A stretch of DNA of 64,000 bases, taken from positions 32,116,001 through 32,180,000 of the forward strand of contig OZ024741.1 in NCBI GenBank assembly GCA_964016885.1, given 5' to 3'. The stretch is from Eledone cirrhosa (taxonomy: Eukaryota). The notes below the pieces were generated by a model that was given only the letters and a program-made list of their open reading frames with translations, searched no databases and had not been told where the DNA came from. Shown in pieces: positions 55,966 through 64,000 of the stretch. A program made the position numbers and the translations under genes. The first letter of the stretch is position 1. Each line of letters begins with the position of its first letter.

Positions 55966-56799
55966 GTTAAAGTTAAGCGATTGGGATAGTAATGACATAA
56001 TGGCGTAATAGCGTGTAAATGGGAAATCGAGAAAATCGAATGGAACGATATTGACATAAAACTAGTCGTAATGGTATAATGGGATGTTGGTGATATTGAA
56101 GATCATGTAGATATAACAGGCGGATGGATTCGGTTTAGATGTAAACAATGCATCGTGGTATCTGTGTGATGGGTAGGAAAGGGTTAGTGTAGAGCAAAGG
56201 TTCTCAACCCATTTCGGCCAAGCGCCCCCTTTTGCCCCTCAAAATCACGAAACGCTCCCCCCTACCCTAATTTTCCATTTTTCAATATACTACTGATTTT
56301 GATATCAGTAGATTACTAAAAAATTGATTAACGATATTCCAAAGATACCATTGCAGGCAGTTGAAAGTATAAATACATTCCTTGAAAGGAAGTATATAAA
56401 TTTCAAAAAAAGGAACATAAATGTTCTTTTTTATGAATAAGGACCAGTTGAATTTGTTATATTCCCACCAGACGATACCAGCTATTGGATAGACAGAGCA
56501 ACTCTGTCTATCGAAAGAGTGCTCTTATCTGGAAGAAAGTGGCAATTGTATTATTTCAAAGCATTCCAATTTTCCCTTTAATGAAACGGACAGAATAAAT
56601 GTTGATATCTAACTTGATGTCCCCTCCGCTTTGTGAGCTTAGAGACCACGCAAGAGGGTTTTTATGACCGCGTAAGAGGGTATATTCATTAGTAAACGGT
56701 AAAATATATACAACAAATGAGTAAGTGAAATGTGGTAGATGGTTTCCAGTCCAGTCAGATTGCAACTACAAAAAAAAATCGACTTACTTTGACCTCGTA

Positions 56800-57800
56800 T
56801 CAATGGGACCCTTGAGCTTCATGGAGTTTAGCTAACTCTTTGACGTCAGGCTGGATTTTCGTGAGCTGTAGCCGGAGATCTCCACGAGCAATCACATTGT
56901 AGCAGTTGCGAGCCTTACTTTGTAGTCTGGAAACAACGCCAAACCCCCTCTCGACTAAGTATGAGCTAGGAAAAGGCAAAGCAAATCTCTTAGCCTCTGC
57001 ATGTAGGAGTGGAAATCGACGCTGAATTTCCTCTTGCATCCAAAAAAGGGGTTCACCTATTTTGGAAAATTTAATTTTGATAATGTCATCTGTCTGAAGT
57101 TCAATTAATTCTTCCTGAAATTTAACGTCGAAATCGTCGACGTTAGATATGAAGGGATCTGCTATCCACATTGGGATCTCCATCTGCAAAAGGTCGACAA
57201 ACCGTTCTCTCATGTTGTCTTGGAGTGCACAGAGGTGCGCGGTATAAATTTGGAGTTGGTCATCGCTCACAATGTTTTGAACATTGGCGACACTAGGAAA
57301 ATTATAGAATTCCCGTCGACAAAAATTCCTTTCGATGACTTTCAATTTGGCCAGGATATTTTCACAGCATTCCTTGCTTTAAAGAAGGTGATCTCCTGCA
57401 AAGCCATAATGAGGCTATGCATTTGTCGAAGATATCGGCGAGGTAGGCGCAGTCTTGCCTCACATCGAGGTATTTTTTTAAACAGTTCTGTGTTGCCTCG
57501 AAGAAACTCAATGATAGAGTCGAACAGTTCAAAGAAGCAACATGCTACTTAGATTGAAGGTGGTACTTTGAAAAGATTTCTTCAATCCTTCAAGGAATTG
57601 AAGTAATGGAACTAAAACGTGCAATCCAAGAACACATTGGCCCGGAGAGTGACACGTAAGAATAACATTAGCTCTGGATGCAATGTTGGTGCCAAACTCA
57701 TTTGTTGCCTCTTGGAAAGAAATAGGGACATCTGATTAATTTTAAAGAAGGGCTTTGACTGCAGAAAGTCGTGCTAGCCATCGTGTAGGGCACACAGGTG
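56800..57800 (-). pseudogene. Buster/Charlie (ZBED8/SCAND3-like) transposase C-terminus, degenerate upstream
   Basis: RFVDL, WIADPF, QEELIELQTD, FW, PFPSSYLVERGFG, GDLRLQLT, AQGSH. Confidence 0.85.
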
Positions 57801-58624
57801 TTAAGGTGCGTGGTGACGTTACTTCATTTTCTTCATCATGTTGTGATAAATACGCTTAGTTTCCGCAATTCATTCACGTAATCTAGAACAGTTTTGATAA
57901 GTGAAGCTTGTTGTACGGACTTAGTTATAATAAGTTGAGAAATATGAATGCCACAGTGCATGTAATGGGCCAAATCAAGTTATGTTAGAATCTTTGAAAA
58001 GATCTTTAAAAAATACCCGTACGAATTAAATACAAAAAACGTTTCAATCGAAAACAAAAACAAACTATTTCAAATTATATATTTTTGAAATATAGACGTG
58101 AATGTTCTCAAAGACTTGATTTCAGTCGAAAAAGCTTTTTTTTAAATTCTATATTTCACTGTTAGCTGTTGTAATATTTTGATTGGATAAACAATTCTAC
58201 AATTCAAACTGTAAAGTCAAAATACAAAAGATGTAAAATATGAAGAATTTCTTACCCTTCTCTGAAATCACAAACTCAGGGGAAAGATAGTACCTTGCAA
58301 AATAAAATACCTCGTAGCAAAATAAAATACTTAGCAACGATTGAATTGAGAAGCTTGGAGACAGTGAGAAAGTAGTATTTGTATCCCTTATATATATATA
58401 CATAGATAGATACACAGACACACACAAACACACATAGACGCACACACACACACACACACACAGACACACACACGCACACATATATATATATATGTATATA
58501 CATACACACACAAACTTGCGTGTATGTGTGTACAGAAAGAATTTTGTCTATAGTTTTGTTATTGCCAGGTCAAACGTCACTGCTCTTTTCAACAACGCCA
58601 AATAATAACGCTCCACACACACAT

Positions 58625-58720
<96 letters not shown>

Positions 58721-58911
58721 GAAGAGAGAAAGGGGGAGGGACAGAGAGAGTAAGAAATGTGTGTATGTGTGTGTGTTTGGTACACGTCTATCTATCTATC
58801 TATCTATCTATTTATCTCCAACAGGAGGCTCACACATGCGGCCCACGAACTACTTATCTGTGGCCCGTGGTAGAACCAATATTTCATATCGCATTATAAC
58901 TGGTGAAAATA

Positions 58912-59130
58912 AGGCGGCGAGCTGGTGGAATCGTTAGCACATCTGGCGAAATGCTTAACGGTACTTCTTCCGTTTTTACGTTCTGAGTTCAAATTCCGCC
59001 GATCTCAACTTTGCCTTACATCCTTTTAGTTTCGATGAATTAAGGACCAGTTGTGTACTAGGATCGATGCATTCGACTGAACCCTAAACCCCAAATTTCA
59101 TGCATTGTTCCTATAGTAGAAATGATTATA
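58912..59130 (+). mobile_element. tRNA-derived SINE (octopus-like family)
   Basis: GGCGGCGAGCTGG...GAATCGTTAGCAC...GAGTTCAAATTCCGCC, with A- and B-box-like motifs. Confidence 0.75.
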
Positions 59131-59507
59131 ACTGGTGAAAGTTTTCACCCACCACCACGTTTGGCCCACTGTGCCTCTCCTCCAGGACGTAATAGCCCTT
59201 TTGTGTCCTTGAGTTTGAGACCCCTCTTCTACACACACACACACATATATATTTTACTTTTTTTACTGTCTCTGGGCTATGCCCATGCTGGAGCATCATC
59301 TTGGTAAGTTATGGTGTCGTCAACAAACCAACAAGCATTGGTGGGAGGGCAAACACAAACGTAAAGACACACACAGACATATATACATATATACGACGGG
59401 CTTCTTTTAGTTTCGATCTATCATATCCACTCACAGGGTTTTGGTCGGCTCAGGCAGTGGGACTGAACCCGGAAATATGTGGTTGGGAAACAAGCTTCTT
59501 GTCGCAC

Positions 59508-59574
<67 letters not shown>

Positions 59575-59607
59575 TGTGTGTGTATAATATATATATTATA
59601 CACACAC

Positions 59608-59638
<31 letters not shown>

Positions 59639-59769
59639 AATCTACATACATACATATATATATAAATCTACATACATACATATATACATACATACATTTA
59701 CGTATGTATATAGCTATGCATTTATACATTTGTATATATATACATGCATTTATATTTCAGTGTGTAAGG

Positions 59770-59811
<42 letters not shown>

Positions 59812-59814
59812 CGA

Positions 59815-60012
59815 AGGAAATGTGGTAAGGAACCAGGTGGACCATAACGCACCAAAGTACTCAATACTTGAGGTAGTAGAGTGGGTAATAGGAACCAGTA
59901 AGACCCCGACAGCTGAGCTCAAGCCGTTTCGACGGCTAATTCTGGACTCATGAGTCCAGAATTAGCCGCCGAAACGGCTTGAGCTCAGCTGTCGGGGTCT
60001 TACTGGTTCCTA
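59815..60012. repeat. Fold-back fragment of the 34945-35935 family
   Basis: Near-perfect palindrome 59888-60012 centred on ACTCATGAGT. Confidence 0.8.
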
Positions 60013-60029
60013 TATATATATATATATAT

Positions 60030-60837
60030 ACTATGAATAAAGAGTTCTAAACTCAAACAGTCCTTTACAATGAAATAGCTCAAAGAAAGGAGTATTTCTG
60101 AGCCGTGTAATACAAGTTAATATAAATTAATATATATGATAAACACAAATACCAACATATAAGTGTTTGTATTGTAAATGACTAAGTTAGCTAGATTGAA
60201 AAATACTAATTATAATAATATAGTTTGCCTGTCTCGATTTAAAATAATAAATCAATAAAATTTACAATACAAACACTTATATGTTGGTATTTGTGTTTAT
60301 CATATATATTAATTTATATTAACTTCTTTCTTTGAGCTATTTCATTGTAAAGGACTGTTTGAGTTTAGAACACTTTATTCATAGTATCACGGCTCCTTCT
60401 GTCGAGCTAATTTTAGCCCCATAAAAACGGCTGTTATTTCTAGCAGCACGAGTATGAGGTAGCTAGACACTGAAAAACCATGTGCGTTGATCAGTCTTCT
60501 TAAATATTTTGAAGTGAAACATACCAATTTTTCAGGGTACTTGCTGATGAGATCTGAATTTGGTATTTTTTCACTTTTTCATTTATCGAAACTTATTTGA
60601 ATTTTGAAGTTTAAACTTATCTACGGAGCAGGTTTGGATTTTGAAATTTAAATTTGTCCAAGTACCACGGCTATTTGCCAATATGGTTTGTTTTTATTGA
60701 TTTATTATTTAAAATCGAGACAGGCAAACTGTATTATTATAATTAGTATTTTTCAATCTAGCTAACTTAGTCATTTACAATACAAACACTTATATGTTGG
60801 TATTTGTGTTTATCATATATATTAATTTATATTAACT

Positions 60838-60840
<3 letters not shown>
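60030..60840. mobile_element. Rearranged fold-back element with a hammerhead-like motif at 60541-60614
   Basis: 60110-60258 mirrors 60690-60842; 60032-60090 mirrors 60328-60385; CTGATGA-GAT...ATC-GAAA-CTT...AAG-TT. Confidence 0.6.
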
Positions 60841-60929
<89 letters not shown>

Positions 60930-60967
60930 ATATATTTATTATACACACACACACACTCACAAACAAA

Positions 60968-61852
60968 CTTGCCAGTTACGTAAGTCTGATATTTGATTTC
61001 GGATTCATAGAAACACTTTAAACGTATAACGTTTGATTTGTCCAGGTGTGTTTTTATCAACCTGTTAGTTCTTTCGTTACTTTGGTATTGTGTGTTAGAT
61101 TTTGCCTACCATAATGTTCAATTTGTCAAGCTATTTAAACGTATATTATTAATCTAAGGACCTACCTTGTCGAGTGCTTTGCTAACTCATTCATATAGTA
61201 GGCAGCATTTGCTTGCACACCGCCAGAGATTCGATTTTACTAAGTATCCAATTATATTATTCAGCTAGATTTAATAATTAACTAATTAATTTAATTAGAC
61301 AATTCTGTTGATTGGTTAATTATTTGTGTTTCTTTAATAACATCTGGTCGAGAGCTTATTCTGATGATTAGCGGAAATTATAATATTTCCTTTGCCTAAC
61401 ATTTTGAAAACCGGGGGTTATTTCCCTTGCTTGAAATAACACATGACAACTAAATATACAATACGCTGCAGCTTAGCGGCAACATTTAGCTTCTCACCCC
61501 GTTCTTTGGGAGAACGAAAACCTGTTGATGAACTGAATCCTCTGTTCGATCATGAATACCACGAGCTTGCCAGTTACGGAAGTCTGATATTTGATTTCGG
61601 ATTTCATAGAAACACTTTAAACGTATAACGTTTCATTTGTCCAGGTGTATTTTTCGCAACCTGGTAGTTCTTTCGTTACTTTGGTATATTGTGTGTTAGA
61701 TTTTGCCTACCACATTGTTCAATTTGTCAAGCTATTTAAACGTATGTTATTACTCTAAGGACCTACCTTGTCGAGTGCTTCGCCAACTCATTCATATAGT
61801 AGGCAGCATTTGCTTGCACACCGCCAGAGATTCGATGTTACTAAGTATCCAA
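60968..61852. repeat. About 285-bp direct repeats (60968-61252, 61567-61852), pLTR-like
   Basis: Alignment by eye; microsatellite-flanked. Confidence 0.8.
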
Positions 61853-61909
<57 letters not shown>

Positions 61910-63379
61910 TATGCATGTAGATTTATATATATATAAATCTACATACATACATACATATATACATACATTTACGTATGTATATAGCTATGCATTTATACAT
62001 TTGTATATATACATGCATTTCTATTTAAGCGTGTAAGGATGTTGATATGATCTATGTCTTCTTTTTTTTTTTGGTAAGGAGAACATTTTTGTCGCTAGAT
62101 TGTATTACCTAGGGAGATTAAATAGAACACTTCTGGTTGAAAGCTGACCAGGTTCTCATCTTCATCAAACACTAACGCCGGCCTGTGTGTGTATATAGGT
62201 GTGTGTGTGTATGTATGTGTGTGTATGTTCACCACCATTGCTTCTTGTCATTTCTGTTGAAGTAGTCCTTACTTTCATTCTCTTGGATTTCTTTTGATTT
62301 TTCTTTTATCTCCTAGGGAATTCGTTGACAAGCTTCTTTAATTTATTTTCTTTGTTTTCTTCATTCAAATAACTGACTGTCTAAGAGACGAACAAATGTG
62401 ACTTATAAAACTTACCAAACTAAAGGGGCTTCTACCGCCCTCAAAGTTTCAAGCACCCCCTTACTACATAACGCCCTATAACGCCCCTACTGCATAACCC
62501 CCCCCCCCCCCCCCTGGAGCTATGAAACGCCCCCGGGGGCATATGCCCCCCCGTTGAGAACCTTTAGTGTAGAGTATATGTTTATCTGCGTGGCTGTGTG
62601 TGTACGTGTGTGTGTGTGTTTGTATGTACGTGCGTGTATGTGTGTGCGTGCGGGGGGGGGGGGGGGGGGGCAGAAAGCGCTTGCGTATAATTTGTCGGTT
62701 TAGTTTAGTGAGAGAGGTAGATGATCTGAGAAACGGGTAGGAGAAGGTATCTTGTAAAGTGTATGTTTATCTGTATAGCTGTGTGTGTATGTGTATTTGT
62801 GTTTGTGTGTTTGCGTGTGTGTTTATGTGTGTGTATGTGTGTGTTTGTGTGTATGGGTGTGTGTGTGTGTGTGTGTTTGCAGGGAGCGCTTGCGTATAAT
62901 TTGTCGGATGATCTGTTGTTTGTTTGTCGGATGACCAATAAATACTCTCTTACAATTGAAATTGTAAGGCAAACTTAAGCAGAAGACGGAGATGGGCAAT
63001 TGTAAATTAAGAATAAACACGGGAAAATATGGCTCTATATTTAATATATATATATTTTTTCAGCCCTGTCTCTCTACATTATTAATCCACATTATGATGG
63101 TCTCCTAGCCATTAAAATGTTTCTGGACCTCTGTAATACACACGAGCACAACACCATTACTGTCTTCAGCATTACCTAACTCCTTCAACATTTCAACTGC
63201 TTCATTTTTCTGGTGAAAGTTGTCAGATTATTACTGGAATGGTGATGACTTCTATGATAGTGTTCTCAGATAAGTATGGTCGTTGCATCGACCTTACGTA
63301 AATGTATGATTTTTAGAAGTTTTTTTACTTTGAATTGTTCTATAAATATGGTTATCTCTATTGATATTAAGTTGTCGTC

Positions 63380-64000
63380 GTCTTCTTCTTCTTCTTCTTC
63401 TTCTTCTTCTTTTTCTTCTTCTTCTTCTTCTTCTTCTTTTTGCCTATCTATTCCTGAGAGGGTCGTGTGGCAGAGCCCTGAAACACACCCTCCTGCGGGT
63501 CCAGTCAGAAGCAATTGGCTCCAACAGATCCGGCGGGGCCGTCAAGCGAGACTAGTCCAGCTCATTGCTATTATCCAACCCTCTGGCTCGTTGCCTACTT
63601 CTGGGTCTCCTGTTGGTTGGCTTTGACAGTAAAATCTGTCCAGTGACATTCCAACCAAATTCCTATAGCAACGACGACTTTATTAGTCGAATTCTCTATA
63701 CATATGAACGATTCACTTCCTCATTTTGCCCTTGTTATCTGGTCGTAGACATAATTCAAAAGCACCTTCACTAGCGTCACCCTACTCTTAGGTGACTTTC
63801 TTGGAGTCCATTCTGTAGTAGTGTTAGAGTGTAATCTCCGTCTGCAATTATTGAAGATCCTTAAAGATATAATGGACATTGCCATTCTCTAAGCGGAAAA
63901 AACCTGAAAGATCCATCGATGGAAGTTGCGCGAATATTGTATTTGCACATTCTCTTGTACCAAACCTGATATAAATTATTGAATCAATCTTTCGTCTTTG
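63380..64000 (-). mobile_element. Degenerate LINE 3' end (RTE-like) with a (GAA)n tail
   Basis: (TTC)n at 63381-63437; minus-strand relics resemble the RTE C-terminus (WxG..., QPTG). Confidence 0.4.

Larger units (their letters stand above)
56195..62566 (-). mobile_element. hAT DNA transposon (Buster/Charlie type) carrying nested insertions
   Basis: TIRs CAAAGGTTCTCAAC (56195) and GTTGAGAACCTTTA (62553-62566); perfect 8-bp TSD GTGTAGAG at 56187-56194 and 62567-62574; subterminal CGCCCCC motifs. Confidence 0.88.

Noticed and set aside
61355-61440. CTGATGA...GAAA hammerhead candidate
   Set aside because: No convincing stem I or stem II pairing.

Overview
Eukaryotic, gene-poor, transposon-saturated window. 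The SINE families and microsatellite load resemble Octopus/cephalopod DNA; this is an inference from recognition, not a search. No host gene is supported. The window has two domains. (1) 1-24.9 kb: minus-strand Tx1/L1-type LINEs (ORF1 with CCHC knuckle, ORF2 with APE-RT) alternate with plus-strand R4/Dong-type RLE retrotransposons. They repeatedly meet tail-to-tail at (AAT)n microsatellites, and all copies that can be read in full are disrupted. (2) 24.9-64 kb: an AT-rich (TA)n-microsatellite domain dominated by Penelope-like elements (PLEs). These include a 3.7-kb Neptune-type palindrome and an 8.4-kb Naiad-type palindrome with a second Naiad nested inside it. About a dozen families of short fold-back elements, many carrying a type I hammerhead ribozyme motif (canonical, U3-A8 covariant or U4-variant core), are also present. 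This domain further holds a mariner relic, a Buster/Charlie hAT element with TIRs and an 8-bp TSD, SINEs and a 44-bp minisatellite. The most notable observations are the dense, diverse hammerhead fold-back elements, the opposite-strand co-targeting of (AAT)n by two unrelated LINE clades, and an apparently circularly permuted Naiad. All alignments and folds were read by eye.
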